Source: Acinetobacter wanghuae (GTDB taxonomy: Bacteria; Pseudomonadota; Gammaproteobacteria; Pseudomonadales; Moraxellaceae). Taken from it: 32,000 nucleotides of DNA. A model generated the notes under the pieces. It was not told the origin of the DNA, searched no databases, and saw only the letters and a list, made by a program, of their open reading frames with translations. Below, one piece after another: positions 1 to 10,250 of this stretch (its first letter is position 1; every line of letters begins with the position of its first letter). The position numbers were made by a program, and so were the translations under genes. The DNA lies in assembly GCF_009557235.1 (NCBI RefSeq), contig NZ_CP045650.1:1320001-1352000 (forward strand), read 5' to 3'.

Positions 1-1
1 T

Positions 2-1666
2 GAAGTGTGGGATGTGGATTCTGCGATTGCTGCGGTGAAAGAAGAACTCAAAGATCCAATGTGGCTATCCAATTTAATCAAAACACATTTGATTGATAAT
101 CCACATCGCGTACAGCTGACTTTAGTACCGGATGCTGAAAAATCGGCTAAAGACATTGCCGATGAAAAAGCACGTTTGGCTGAAATTGGTAAAAATCTAA
201 CTGAAGCACAAAAAGCGGACATTATTGCGCAAACTGAAGCACTCAATGTCCGTCAAGATACACCTGATGATTTGAATTTATTGCCGAAAGTGGGCTTGGA
301 AGATGTGCCGGCTGAATTGCAAATTGTGCAAGGTCAACTGCGTGAAATCATCTCAAACCAAACGGATACGCCGTTGAATTTGTATCATGCAGGTACCAAT
401 GGGATTTACTACCAACAAGTGCTCGTACAAATTCCAGATGAAGTGGTGCAATCGCCGTATTTCAACCTCTTGTCGATTTTGGTCGGTGAAGTCGGTGCTG
501 GAGAATATGACTATCTCACTTTCCAACAGCTACAAACAGCGGTCAGTGGTGGTCTAGGAATGGGTGCATCATTGCGTTCAAAAGTGGATGATAAACATAA
601 GATCACCGCTTGGTTAACCTTAACCACAAAATCATTGGTGAATAACTTAGAAGCCATTCAATTGCTTAAAACAGGCTTTGAAAAGCTTCGTTTTGATGAA
701 AAAGATCGCATCATTGAGTTATTGCAACAACGTAAAACCCGTTGGCAATCGCGTGTATCTGGCTCAGGTCATAGCTATGCAATGCAAATTGCATCACGTC
801 ATCATAGTGCTTTGGCATTACGTGATTATAAAAATACTGGCTTAGGTGCATTGAATTGGTTGGTTGATTTAGTCAATAAGATTGAACAAGATGATGCGGC
901 CTATGAAGCGCTCATTACTGAGCTTAAAGCCATTCATCGTATATTGCTGCAAGCACCAAAACAGTTCTTGGTGGTGTGTGAAGAACCACAATCGGATCGT
1001 TTAGTTGCTGAAGTTCAAGACGTTTGGGACAAAGTTGACATTGAACAAACACCTGTGACTTTAACTCAAGTGAATCATGTTGTCGGAACACAAGATGAAG
1101 CGTGGTTAGTTCAAGCCAATGTGCAGTTCTGTGCGGCTGCGTATCCTGTGGTAGAAGTTTCACACCCAGATGCAGCACCTTTAATGGTTCTGGCTGCTTA
1201 TTTGCGTAATGGTTTCTTGCATAGCGCTATTCGTGAAAAAGGTGGTGCATACGGTGGTGGCGCGAGCTACGATGGTAATGCATGTTCATTCCGATTCTAT
1301 AGCTATCGTGATCCACGTTTAGCAGAAACTTTCCAAGACTTTGACGCAAGTTTGGACTGGATTATGAATGCACCACAACTCGAACATCAGCTTGAAGAAG
1401 CGATTTTAGGGCTGATTGCGGGTATGGATAAGCCAGGTTCACCTGCAGGTGAAGCAATTACCGCATGTTATGCTTATCTACATAAACGCACGCCAGCATT
1501 CCGTAAGCAAATGCGTGAACGTTTACTCGCTGTCACTTTAGATGACTTGAAACGAGTGGCGGAAACCTATTTAGTGAAACAAACAGCATCAAAAGCTGTG
1601 GTTGCACCCATGGCAAAACGTGAAACTTTAGAACAACTCGGATTTGTGATTCAACAAGTCCAATAA
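2..1666 (+). CDS. M16-family zinc peptidase (PreP/PqqL-like insulinase), C-terminal ~554 aa; 5' end lies outside the window
   Basis: The frame is open to the window edge, so the track's GTG at 5 is internal. Long ORF with a TAA stop at 1664-1666. The REKGGAYGGGA segment and overall layout recall the non-catalytic C-terminal halves of PreP-type M16C peptidases (recollection only). Confidence 0.7.
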   Translation, partial: EVWDVDSAIAAVKEELKDPMWLSNLIKTHLIDNPHRVQLTLVPDAEKSAKDIADEKARLAEIGKNLTEAQKADIIAQTEALNVRQDTPDDLNLLPKVGLEDVPAELQIVQGQLREIISNQTDTPLNLYHAGTNGIYYQQVLVQIPDEVVQSPYFNLLSILVGEVGAGEYDYLTFQQLQTAVSGGLGMGASLRSKVDDKHKITAWLTLTTKSLVNNLEAIQLLKTGFEKLRFDEKDRIIELLQQRKTRWQSRVSGSGHSYAMQIASRHHSALALRDYKNTGLGALNWLVDLVNKIEQDDAAYEALITELKAIHRILLQAPKQFLVVCEEPQSDRLVAEVQDVWDKVDIEQTPVTLTQVNHVVGTQDEAWLVQANVQFCAAAYPVVEVSHPDAAPLMVLAAYLRNGFLHSAIREKGGAYGGGASYDGNACSFRFYSYRDPRLAETFQDFDASLDWIMNAPQLEHQLEEAILGLIAGMDKPGSPAGEAITACYAYLHKRTPAFRKQMRERLLAVTLDDLKRVAETYLVKQTASKAVVAPMAKRETLEQLGFVIQQVQ

Positions 1667-1685
1667 AATCATAAAAGGATAAGGG

Positions 1686-2843
1686 ATGGCGCTTAAAATT
1701 TTTAAGCGCTCGACTTCAGTACTTGGCGTGACGCTGAGTACTTTTGTTGCAGCGCAGACGTATGCGGAAAATGTATCAAAAACCACGTTGAATGACAGCC
1801 CGATGCCAGCAACGGCTGAAGCGTGCGCAGCGGTGGAAACCAATGCTGAGCGATTGGCGTGTTATGATCGCGTGTTTAAGATGCCCGAAGTTGATATGCC
1901 ATCATTGGTGTCTGAGCGTCGTGCTGCTGCTGAATTAGCGCCTGAACCTGAAACGATTACAGGTAAAATTGGGCAAGCAGTATCCAATATTTATGCTGCT
2001 GATGCGCCTGATTTAAAGCCGAATTTATCGTTAATGGATAGTCGGTGGGAACTGTCACCAGAAAGTAAACTCGGTACGTGGAATATTCGCGCCTATCAGC
2101 CAGTTTATTTAATGCCGGGTTTTTGGACGTCAAATAAAAACGAACGTCCACGCAGTGAAAATCCACAAAATACAGTCACAGATGTTGAAGAGCGACCATT
2201 AACGTCAATGGAAGCCAAGTTCCAATTATCGTTAAAAACCAAGGCTGTGGAAAATATCTTTGGCAATAATGGTGATGTGTGGCTGGGTTATACGCAAAGT
2301 TCACGTTGGCAAGTGTATAACGGGGGTGAATCTCGACCGTTTCGTGAAACCAATTATGAGCCTGAAGCCAGTTTGGTGTTTCGAACCAATTATGAAATTT
2401 TGGGTCTAAATTGGCGTATGTTTGGTTTAGGGATTAACCATCAGTCCAATGGCCGTTCTGATCCATGGTCACGTAGTTGGAATCGAGTGATGCTTAATTT
2501 CGGCTTCGAGAAAGACAATTTTTCTCTAATGGTGCGTCCATGGTATCGCATTGAAGAAGATTTCAAAGATGATAATAATCCAGATATTACCGACTATATT
2601 GGTCGTGGTGATATCACTGCATTTTATCGTTGGAAAGATCATGATTTTTCATTATTAATGCGTCATAGTTTTAAAGGTGGTGAGGATAATCGTGGAGCGG
2701 CACGATTTGATTGGTCATTCCCAATCAATGGTCGTTTACGAGGGAATTTTCAGCTCTTTGATGGCTATGGTGAAAGTCTCATTGATTATAATCATCGTGC
2801 GACTTATATCGGTTTAGGCGTGTCCTTAATGAACTGGTATTAA
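1686..2843 (+). CDS. pldA: Outer-membrane phospholipase A1 (OMPLA)
   Basis: Signal peptide ending in AQTYA. OMPLA hallmarks are present: YTQSSRWQ and the catalytic HQSNG motif. A purine-rich SD (AAAGGATAAGGG) lies directly before the ATG. Confidence 0.85.
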   Translation: MALKIFKRSTSVLGVTLSTFVAAQTYAENVSKTTLNDSPMPATAEACAAVETNAERLACYDRVFKMPEVDMPSLVSERRAAAELAPEPETITGKIGQAVSNIYAADAPDLKPNLSLMDSRWELSPESKLGTWNIRAYQPVYLMPGFWTSNKNERPRSENPQNTVTDVEERPLTSMEAKFQLSLKTKAVENIFGNNGDVWLGYTQSSRWQVYNGGESRPFRETNYEPEASLVFRTNYEILGLNWRMFGLGINHQSNGRSDPWSRSWNRVMLNFGFEKDNFSLMVRPWYRIEEDFKDDNNPDITDYIGRGDITAFYRWKDHDFSLLMRHSFKGGEDNRGAARFDWSFPINGRLRGNFQLFDGYGESLIDYNHRATYIGLGVSLMNWY

Positions 2844-2855
2844 TTGTCCTGACTT

Positions 2856-2890
2856 AAAAAAACCACGCATCATGCGTGGTTTTTTATTTT
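2856..2890. terminator. Bidirectional Rho-independent terminator between convergent pldA and ktrB
   Basis: A-run, then stem AACCACGC / loop ATCAT / GCGTGGTT, then a T-run. It reads as a terminator on both strands. Confidence 0.85.
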
Positions 2891-2903
2891 GTTCATTGCA
2901 GCA

Positions 2904-4241
2904 TTAACCGATTTGAATTTCTGAAGGTGGATGTTTAAGTCGACTTCTTTTTGGTGTTGCAATGAAATAAGCAAGGGTTAAAGGACCTAATCTGCCGGCA
3001 AACATCAGTAACATGAGAATAAATAAACTCGCGGGTTGCAGCTCTTCAGTTACGCCACGGGATAAGCCGACAGTACAAGCAGCAGACACTGCTTCAAACA
3101 GTAAATCCAAAAATTCTAAATCAGGCTCTAGCACCAATAAGCTAAAGAAACCAATCATGACCAATCCTGCGGTAATACATACTACAGACAATGCTTTAAA
3201 TGCAGTTTGCTTAGGGATCGAGTGTTTAAAGAGGCGAGTTTCATCTTCACGTCTTAAAAAGCTAATCACACTTAAAATTACGATAATAAATGTGCCGACT
3301 TTAATGCCGCCTGCAGTACTTAACGACCCACCGCCAATAAACATCAAGCACATGGTGACTAAAGTGGAGGCATTGGTCAGCTGATCCATAGGAACACTAT
3401 AGAATCCAGATGAACGTGGCACGGTCGCATGGAACCATGCATTTACCGCCTGATCACCCAAGCTCATGAGACCGAGCGTTTGCGGATTTGATGCTTCTAA
3501 TAGCCAAATGGTAATAAAAGCAAAAAGATTCAATCCACAGATGGTGGTGATAATCAGCTTGCTATTGGTGCTGAGTTTTTTCCAACGTTTATGGCGTTTG
3601 ACATCCATCAGAACCAAAAAGCCCACACCGCCAATGATGTACAGCATACTAATGGTAAAGGTAATGAAATACTGACCCGAGAAGCTCATTAAACTATTGG
3701 GAAATAATGAGAACCCGCCATTATTAAACGCGGAAATACTATAAAACGCAGCATAGAAAAAGGCTTGGTTAAAATTATAGTCTTGCATCCACGCGATGGT
3801 TAGAATAATCGTACCGATCGCTTCAAAAAAGAGTGAATACAGGAAAACTGCTTTAATGGTATAGGTCACTTTTTTAAGACTGGTTTGCCCAATGGATTCT
3901 TGCGCCATCACTTGTTGCTTTAAACCGAGCTTTGGCGCAAGGCTCATCACCGCCAAAATAGCGAAAGTCATAAAACCCAAACCGCCACATTGCAACAGCA
4001 GCATAATGACCACTTTTCCAAAAACGGTATAGGCTTCACCAATGTTCACTACAGAAAGCCCCGTGATGGTGACAGCAGAAGTGGCAGTGAAAATGGATTG
4101 TAGCCATGTGACATCATTATGATGGGCAAAAGGCAGCATGAGTAAAGCAGAGCCAATCACGATTAAAATAAAAAAGCCCAGTGCTAATAAACTTGGTGGG
4201 CTGAGATTAATCGTTCGATTTTTTTCAATGATCTTTTTCAT
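2904..4241 (-). CDS. ktrB: TrkH/KtrB-family K+ uptake membrane subunit
   Basis: 445 aa and polytopic. It has repeated glycine-containing pore-loop motifs (TITGLSV, NNGGFSLF, GGGSLSTAGGIKV) typical of the TrkH/KtrB family. ATGA start/stop overlap with upstream ktrA. Confidence 0.85.
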   Translation of the reverse strand: MKKIIEKNRTINLSPPSLLALGFFILIVIGSALLMLPFAHHNDVTWLQSIFTATSAVTITGLSVVNIGEAYTVFGKVVIMLLLQCGGLGFMTFAILAVMSLAPKLGLKQQVMAQESIGQTSLKKVTYTIKAVFLYSLFFEAIGTIILTIAWMQDYNFNQAFFYAAFYSISAFNNGGFSLFPNSLMSFSGQYFITFTISMLYIIGGVGFLVLMDVKRHKRWKKLSTNSKLIITTICGLNLFAFITIWLLEASNPQTLGLMSLGDQAVNAWFHATVPRSSGFYSVPMDQLTNASTLVTMCLMFIGGGSLSTAGGIKVGTFIIVILSVISFLRREDETRLFKHSIPKQTAFKALSVVCITAGLVMIGFFSLLVLEPDLEFLDLLFEAVSAACTVGLSRGVTEELQPASLFILMLLMFAGRLGPLTLAYFIATPKRSRLKHPPSEIQIG

Positions 4242-4894
4242 GCGTGCTTAAAGTACTTTGAAAGACGGCGTAGCGGTTCTAATAAACCCTCGACCACTAA
4301 AAAGTCATCAGTTTGTAAAATTAAATGAGGGTCTAAGCTGTATTGCAGGGTGTCGCCACGCTTATGCATTAAAGTTCTTACCTCAGGGACATGATCCATC
4401 AGTTGATGTAAACGCATGCCATTTTGATCTGCATGAATCTGAATTTTAACAATGAAATGATCATCTTCAAGTGCCATATAACGACTGACCATGGGGTAAC
4501 TTAAAGACTGAGCAATGCGCACACCCATATCTTCTTCAGGATGAATGATCTTATTCACGCCCAAATGGGTCAAAATCATATGATGCGCTTTAGATTTGGC
4601 TTTGACCCAAATTTTTTCAACACCCATGTTCTTTAAATGTAAGACACACAAAATACTGGCTTCAATATCTTCACCAATGGCAACGACCACTGCTTCGCAT
4701 TTTTGTACATTCAGTTCATCGAGCACATGTTCATCTGTCGCATCGGCAATCACGGCATGACTGAGCTGCTCAGAAATATTTTCAACATATTTTTTATTTA
4801 AATCGATGCCGATCACATCATGATTCAGACTCATCAGTTGGGTGGCAACCGTGGCTCCGAAACTGCCTAAGCCAATCACAGCGAATAATGCCAT
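4238..4894 (-). CDS. ktrA: K+ uptake regulatory subunit (RCK; TrkA-N/TrkA-C), KtrA-like
   Basis: 218 aa with an N-terminal Rossmann motif VIGLGSFG (GxGxxG). The size fits KtrA rather than the 458-aa TrkA. Its TGA stop (4238-4240) overlaps the ktrB ATG (4239-4241). Confidence 0.85.
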   Translation of the reverse strand: MALFAVIGLGSFGATVATQLMSLNHDVIGIDLNKKYVENISEQLSHAVIADATDEHVLDELNVQKCEAVVVAIGEDIEASILCVLHLKNMGVEKIWVKAKSKAHHMILTHLGVNKIIHPEEDMGVRIAQSLSYPMVSRYMALEDDHFIVKIQIHADQNGMRLHQLMDHVPEVRTLMHKRGDTLQYSLDPHLILQTDDFLVVEGLLEPLRRLSKYFKHA

Positions 4895-5028
4895 GGATGT
4901 TTAATCCTCTTCGTACTTCAATATGTATTTAAAAACTGCTGAAATTTTGCCATAAATTTTAAAGATTTAATCTAATCAACTTCATTTTAATTGTAGTTAT
5001 CGAGTTAATCCGTTGCTTATTCAAACAT

Positions 5029-5053
5029 AAAAAAACCGCCTCGAAAGACGGTT
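5029..5053 (-). terminator. Rho-independent terminator of ilvA (minus strand only)
   Basis: On the minus strand: CCGUC / loop UUUCGA / GGCGG, including one G-U pair, followed by UUUUUUU. The G-U pair becomes a C-A mismatch on the plus strand. Confidence 0.65.
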
Positions 5054-5069
5054 TTAAAACATTAAACGC

Positions 5070-6608
5070 TTATTTTAAGAAACGTTGATAACCTAAGTTG
5101 TTGGTAATTTCAAGATATGGATAAGTAATGCTTTCCAAGGTTTTAATCAAACCATCTGGGTTTTGCTGCGCATCTTCTGCTTCTAAGCCCACCAAGACAC
5201 GACCTTCCGCTGCACCGTGGTTACGGTAGTGGAACAGGGTAATGTTATGTGTTGGACCCAGACGCTCTAAGAAAGTCAGCAACGCACCTGGGCGTTCAGG
5301 GAATTCCACACGGAATAGGCGTTCATTCTCGATATCGGCATGACCACCGATCAAATAACGAATATGCAATTTTGCGACTTCATCATCCGATAAATCATCG
5401 ACGTCATATTGGAATTTCAATGTTTCATAGATTTCTTGACGTTCTTTTTCGCCATTTTTTAGACTAATGCCAACAAAGACTTGCGCTGCTGTGGCATCAC
5501 TAGCACGGTAGTTAAATTCAGTAATATTACGACCTTGTAGTGCACGGCAGAATTTTAAGAACGCGCCTTTTTCTTCAGGAATAGTGACAGCAAAAATCGC
5601 TTCTTTACGTTCACCGAGTTCTGTGCGCTCTGCGATATAACGTAGGCGGTCGAAGTTCATGTTGGCACCGCACACGATCGACACCATATTTTTGCCTGTC
5701 AGACCATGTTCAGCGACATATTTTTTGATCCCTGCTAAAGCCATCGCACCTGATGGCTCAACAATACTACGGCATTCGTCATAGGTGTCTTTAATGGCTG
5801 CACAGATTTCGTCTGTATTAACAAGCACAACATTCGGCTCAACAATTGGCCCTGAATTGTCAGACTTTTGCAGACGAATCACATCAAATGGTTTTTCACC
5901 AATTTGTGCAACTGCTGTGCCATCGGCAAATAAACCTACAGACGGTAATATCACACGTTCATTGGCTTCTAAAGCAGCTTTTAAACAAGCAGATTCGTCA
6001 TACTCGACAGGAATGACTTTAACATGTGGTGCAACATCACCTAAATAAGCCGCAACACCTGCGATTAAGCCGCCACCGCCTACTGCGACGAATACATACT
6101 CTACGTCACGCCATTGACGTAAAATTTCATTGGCAATCGTACCTTGACCTGCCATAACGAGTTCATCGTCATAAGGTGGAATAAAGGTCATCCCATCTTC
6201 TGCTGCGCGTGCAATCGCGTATTTATTTGCAACATCAAATGAATCGCCATGCAGTAAAACTTCACCGCCTAGGCGTTTTACCGCTTGAACTTTAATATCC
6301 GGTGTAGTCTTTGGCATGACAATAATCGCACGGATACCGAGTTTTTTGCCAGATAATGCTACGCCTTGTGCATGATTACCTGCAGATGCCGTAATGACAC
6401 CACGTTCAAGTTGCTCTTTTGGCAATTGGCTAATTCGGTTGTACGCACCACGAAGTTTAAATGAGAAAACGGGTTGCAGATCTTCACGTTTAAAGCGGAT
6501 GTTGTTATTGAGTCGTTCGCTAATTCGTGGCGCTGCCTCTAGAGGGGTTTCGATTGCAACATCGTAGACTGTTGCTTGTAATATTTGTCGAACCAAACGA
6601 GACAGCAT
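5070..6608 (-). CDS. ilvA: Biosynthetic threonine dehydratase (threonine ammonia-lyase)
   Basis: 512 aa. PLP-lysine motif FSFKLRGAYN and a GGGGL loop are present. The long C-terminal extension is consistent with the two ACT-like regulatory domains of IlvA. Confidence 0.9.
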   Translation of the reverse strand: MLSRLVRQILQATVYDVAIETPLEAAPRISERLNNNIRFKREDLQPVFSFKLRGAYNRISQLPKEQLERGVITASAGNHAQGVALSGKKLGIRAIIVMPKTTPDIKVQAVKRLGGEVLLHGDSFDVANKYAIARAAEDGMTFIPPYDDELVMAGQGTIANEILRQWRDVEYVFVAVGGGGLIAGVAAYLGDVAPHVKVIPVEYDESACLKAALEANERVILPSVGLFADGTAVAQIGEKPFDVIRLQKSDNSGPIVEPNVVLVNTDEICAAIKDTYDECRSIVEPSGAMALAGIKKYVAEHGLTGKNMVSIVCGANMNFDRLRYIAERTELGERKEAIFAVTIPEEKGAFLKFCRALQGRNITEFNYRASDATAAQVFVGISLKNGEKERQEIYETLKFQYDVDDLSDDEVAKLHIRYLIGGHADIENERLFRVEFPERPGALLTFLERLGPTHNITLFHYRNHGAAEGRVLVGLEAEDAQQNPDGLIKTLESITYPYLEITNNLGYQRFLK

Positions 6609-6712
6609 GTTAATTTTCCATCTAACAGTTTAAAATAGTCGCTTATTGTAACAAACCATGTGGCTTAGCGGGTCAAAAATACTGCTAAAGTCCAAATTAG
6701 TTGAGTGAAGTC

Positions 6713-7384
6713 ATGAGTCTATATGCAACCCAAGATGAGAAAAAGCAAGCTGCAGCCAAAGCGGCTTTAAAACACTTACCAAAAGGCGGCATTTTAGGCG
6801 TAGGTACAGGTAGTACTGTAAACTTCTTAATTGATCTTCTCCCAGAGCTTCAATTGGAAGCAGCTGTTGCAAGTTCTGAAGCAACTGCACAGCGTTTAAA
6901 AAAATTAGGTATTGAAGTGGTCGACATGAACTCTGTTTCAGGTCTTGACGCTTATGTGGATGGCGCAGACGAAATTGATCGTCATATGCACATGATTAAA
7001 GGTGGTGGTGCTGCACTGACTCGTGAAAAAATTGTTGCGTCTATTGCGAAAAAATTCGTATGTATCGTCGATGATTCAAAATGGGTGGAACAGTTGGGTC
7101 GTGAATTCCCACTCCCTGTAGAAGTGATTCCAATGGCGCGTTCTGCTGTAGCACGTAAAATTGTCTCTTTAGGTGGTGATCCTACTTACCGTGAAGGTGT
7201 AGTGACAGATAACGGTAATGTGATTTTAGACGTGCATAACTTGAATATCTTAAATGCACTTGAGGTTGAAAAAACACTGAACGATGTTCCAGGTGTGGTA
7301 TGTAACGGGATCTTTGCATTAAACAAAGCAGATATTGCGATTGTTGCAACAGATAACGGTATTGAAGAACGTACTGCGGTTTAA
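6713..7384 (+). CDS. rpiA: Ribose-5-phosphate isomerase A
   Basis: Strong colinear resemblance to E. coli RpiA ([54 protein letters not shown]). The track's start at 6701 is a TTG. The ATG at 6713 gives a 223-aa protein that matches RpiA in length. Confidence 0.9.
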   Translation: MSLYATQDEKKQAAAKAALKHLPKGGILGVGTGSTVNFLIDLLPELQLEAAVASSEATAQRLKKLGIEVVDMNSVSGLDAYVDGADEIDRHMHMIKGGGAALTREKIVASIAKKFVCIVDDSKWVEQLGREFPLPVEVIPMARSAVARKIVSLGGDPTYREGVVTDNGNVILDVHNLNILNALEVEKTLNDVPGVVCNGIFALNKADIAIVATDNGIEERTAV

Positions 7385-7416
7385 TTTTAATTTCCTGACA
7401 AAATAATCCCTCTAAA

Positions 7417-7466
7417 TCTCCCTTTAAGAAAGGGAGACTTTAAAGCCCCTCTTTTACAAAGAGGGG
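7417..7466 (+). repeat. Twin 21-nt hairpins (REP-like palindromic element / rpiA terminator region)
   Basis: TCTCCCTTT-AAG-AAAGGGAGA (7417-7437) and CCCCTCTTT-TAC-AAAGAGGGG (7446-7466). Each has a perfect 9-bp stem and a 3-nt loop. The downstream GGGGAGATT (7471-7479) can alternatively pair with AATCTCCCT (7415-7423). Confidence 0.7.
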
Positions 7467-7493
7467 TGTGGGGAGATTAAAAAAAGAACAACA

Positions 7494-8177
7494 ATGACTC
7501 TATCCGAACTTCCTGAAATTCAAATCACCCGAAATCTACGCTCAACTCGGCTACGTCTACGCATAGATGGTCAGCAGATTAAACTGACGGCACCTGTATT
7601 TTGTACTCAACGCCAAATTCAAAATTTTATTCAGCAATCTGAAAGCTGGATGATCAAAACATGGCAGGCACAACAAGAAAAAAATCAACAGATTGATCGA
7701 AGTCTGCCGCTTGAATTAAAGTTATTTAATCGCGCTGCTCCCATTCAAATTACCTACCAAAGCCAAAAGCAAAACTTTATCTTTGACGATCAACAAAATT
7801 GTGTGGCTATCAGTGATCGTTATCCTGAAAGTTATTTAAAACAGTTTGTTATTGCATATGCGAAACAATATTTACCGCCGTATTTGCATCAGGTATCGCT
7901 TGAATGCGGGTTGTCATACCAAGTATGTCATATTCGTCAGCCCAAAACACGTTGGGGGAGTTGTTCTGCTAAACAGAATATTATGCTCAACAGTGGTCTT
8001 ATTCTATTTGATGAGTCAATTGTGCGTTATCTTTGTGTACATGAACTTGCGCATACGCAGTACTTTGATCATAGTGTGCGCTTTTGGTCTTTGGTGCAAA
8101 AGTTTGATCCTAACCATAAAGTACATCGACAGATTCTAAAAAATACATCAATGCCATATTGGTGGTCGGAATCCTAA
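7494..8177 (+). CDS. YgjP-like metal-dependent hydrolase (DUF45 / M48-like, HExxH)
   Basis: 227 aa with HELAHTQYFDHS (HExxH zinc motif) near the C-terminus, preceded by RWGSCS. This is the typical YgjP-family layout. Confidence 0.75.
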   Translation: MTLSELPEIQITRNLRSTRLRLRIDGQQIKLTAPVFCTQRQIQNFIQQSESWMIKTWQAQQEKNQQIDRSLPLELKLFNRAAPIQITYQSQKQNFIFDDQQNCVAISDRYPESYLKQFVIAYAKQYLPPYLHQVSLECGLSYQVCHIRQPKTRWGSCSAKQNIMLNSGLILFDESIVRYLCVHELAHTQYFDHSVRFWSLVQKFDPNHKVHRQILKNTSMPYWWSES

Positions 8178-8191
8178 ATCAAAAATGTATT

Positions 8192-8220
8192 AAGTCGCTT
8201 TAATGCGGCTTGATTTTTTT
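8192..8220 (+). terminator. Rho-independent terminator after the ygjP-like gene
   Basis: Stem AAGTCGC / loop TTTAAT / GCGGCTT (one G-U pair), then GA and TTTTTTT. Confidence 0.6.
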
Positions 8221-8354
8221 GAATTGATTAAATGTTTCATCTCAATGTTTGTATTGCTAATAAAACAGCCAATTACTCCTAAAATAGTTCAGAAAATAGG
8301 AACTTCCTGTCATACTAGCCGCATATAAGAAACAGCTATGTTGAGGTAGTCATC

Positions 8355-9404
8355 GTGATTTCAGTGGGTATTGTTGGTGGTACAGGTTATACAGGCGTCG
8401 AACTTTTACGTCTTTTGTTACGCCATCCGAATGTGCAAGTCACAACCCTGACTTCTCGCACCGAAGCTGGTCGTCGCGTTGATGCGATGTTCCCTAGTTT
8501 ACGTGGACATACTGATCTTCAATTTTCTGATTTAGATTTAGACGTTCTTAAACAATGTGATGTGGTATTCTTCGCAACACCGCATGGTGTGGCAATGAAG
8601 CATGCAGAGGAACTCGTTGCTGCCAATACAAAGGTCATTGATTTAGCTGCAGATTTCCGTCTACAAGATTTAGCAGAGTTTGAAAAATGGTATGGCATGC
8701 AACACGCGTGTCCAGAATTATTAAAAGATTCAGTTTATGGTTTGTCAGAACTCAATCGTGAGAAAATTAAACACGCTCAGGTGATTGGGAATCCGGGGTG
8801 TTATCCAACGACGGTTCAACTCGGTTTAGCACCCGTTTTAAAATCAAGTGAAGCGTTGGTTAAACCTGAAAGTATTATCATTGATGCAAAATCAGGTGTT
8901 TCTGGCGCGGGTCGTAAAGCCAGTCTCAGTGGAATCTATTCTGAAAATGCAGATAATTTCAAAGCTTATGGCGTGGCAGGTCACCGTCATCATCCTGAAA
9001 TTGTGGAGGCTTTAGAAAATATCTCAGGTCAAAAAGATGTGTTTGATCATATTCTTTTTGTGCCGCATTTGGTGCCAATGATTCGTGGTATGTTGTCGAC
9101 CATCTACATCGATTTAACTGAAGCAGGTCAGGCAGCGGATTTACAGGCATTGTATGAAGCTTTCTATGCCAATGAAACGTTTGTAGATGTGATGCCTGCG
9201 GGCAGTTCGCCTGAAACGCGTTCGGTGCGTGGTGCAAACCAACTTCGTATTGCGCTTTATAAACCACAACCGACAAAATTGGTGGTTTTGGTGGCACAAG
9301 ATAACTTGGTTAAGGGTGCGGCAGGTCAAGCAATCCAAAACATGAATTTGATGTTTGATTTTGCAGAAGATGCCGGTTTAACCAATATTGGTCTATTACC
9401 ATAA
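8355..9404 (+). CDS. argC: N-acetyl-gamma-glutamyl-phosphate reductase
   Basis: N-terminal GGTGYTG dinucleotide-binding motif and active-site Cys motif [11 protein letters not shown] start. 349 aa. Confidence 0.9.
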   Translation: MISVGIVGGTGYTGVELLRLLLRHPNVQVTTLTSRTEAGRRVDAMFPSLRGHTDLQFSDLDLDVLKQCDVVFFATPHGVAMKHAEELVAANTKVIDLAADFRLQDLAEFEKWYGMQHACPELLKDSVYGLSELNREKIKHAQVIGNPGCYPTTVQLGLAPVLKSSEALVKPESIIIDAKSGVSGAGRKASLSGIYSENADNFKAYGVAGHRHHPEIVEALENISGQKDVFDHILFVPHLVPMIRGMLSTIYIDLTEAGQAADLQALYEAFYANETFVDVMPAGSSPETRSVRGANQLRIALYKPQPTKLVVLVAQDNLVKGAAGQAIQNMNLMFDFAEDAGLTNIGLLP

Positions 9405-9479
9405 GAAACGTATTTGAACTTCACACGCATTTAAATTTCGATTTAAATGTGTGTCTTGATTAAAGAAAAAGAGATCACG

Positions 9480-10232
9480 ATGCCGAAGAATGAGTCAAAC
9501 GAAACCATCCAAAATGATTCAACTGTTAAAACGCCGTTTATGAAAACCAATATGCCGTTGGTATTGGGTGCTGCAATTTTGGTGGTGAGTAGTGGATTAC
9601 TGGGGTATACGGTTGGACATCGTCAAGGCTTAACCGTCGTCGGTTTTGATGCAGATGCTGAGCAATTGGTTGAAGTGGTTCAAAAGCAAAAGGCAAGCTT
9701 AGAAGCATTGAACAAAAGCTATAATGCCGCGGTTCAAGAACGTGATTTAGCGGTAAGTAACTCTAATGATCTCTACACCGGTATGAAAGTGGCGCGTGAT
9801 GAACATGCACAAGCTGAAAGCTTAAGTGTGATCTATCGTGAAATTCTGCGTCAACGGGGTGGTATTGCACTGGCTGTGCAGCATTTAGGCATTAAACCTT
9901 TACCCGATAATGCTTACGAATATCAATTGGATCTCGTTCAAGTCAGCCCAAATCATCGTCGTGCCTCAGGCAGTGTTGAAATTCGTCTGATTAATGGCTC
10001 AGAAATTTTAGTGGTGCCCCTTGAAGATAAAAACTTTAATTTTGAAAATTACGAACGTTTAACGGGTCGCTGGACCATGCCGAAAGGCTTTAGCCCACAA
10101 TTTATTGAAGTCCGTTTAACCGGTGGTGCAAAACCGATTGCTCGACGTTTTAGTTGGGGTAAAGGGAAACCAATTGAAAACCAATCTGCTATTTTATCGG
10201 AAATTCCGAAAACAGCAGCCAATGCAAATTAA
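9480..10232 (+). CDS. Conserved hypothetical protein: single-pass membrane anchor plus a coiled-coil region
   Basis: One TM segment (PLVLGAAILVVSSGLLGY) followed by a heptad-like segment. The ATG at 9480 has an AAAGAG SD 6 nt upstream, whereas the track's ATG at 9447 has none. Function not recognisable. Confidence 0.6.
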   Translation: MPKNESNETIQNDSTVKTPFMKTNMPLVLGAAILVVSSGLLGYTVGHRQGLTVVGFDADAEQLVEVVQKQKASLEALNKSYNAAVQERDLAVSNSNDLYTGMKVARDEHAQAESLSVIYREILRQRGGIALAVQHLGIKPLPDNAYEYQLDLVQVSPNHRRASGSVEIRLINGSEILVVPLEDKNFNFENYERLTGRWTMPKGFSPQFIEVRLTGGAKPIARRFSWGKGKPIENQSAILSEIPKTAANAN

Positions 10233-10250
10233 GTGTGAATCTAAAATCTT

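Noticed and set aside
8218-8235. ARG-box-like TTTGAATTGATTAAATGT upstream of argC
   Set aside because: Only the TGAAT half matches my memory of the E. coli ARG box consensus, and the second half-site (ATTCA) is absent. It also overlaps the preceding terminator's T-run, so the evidence is too weak to call.
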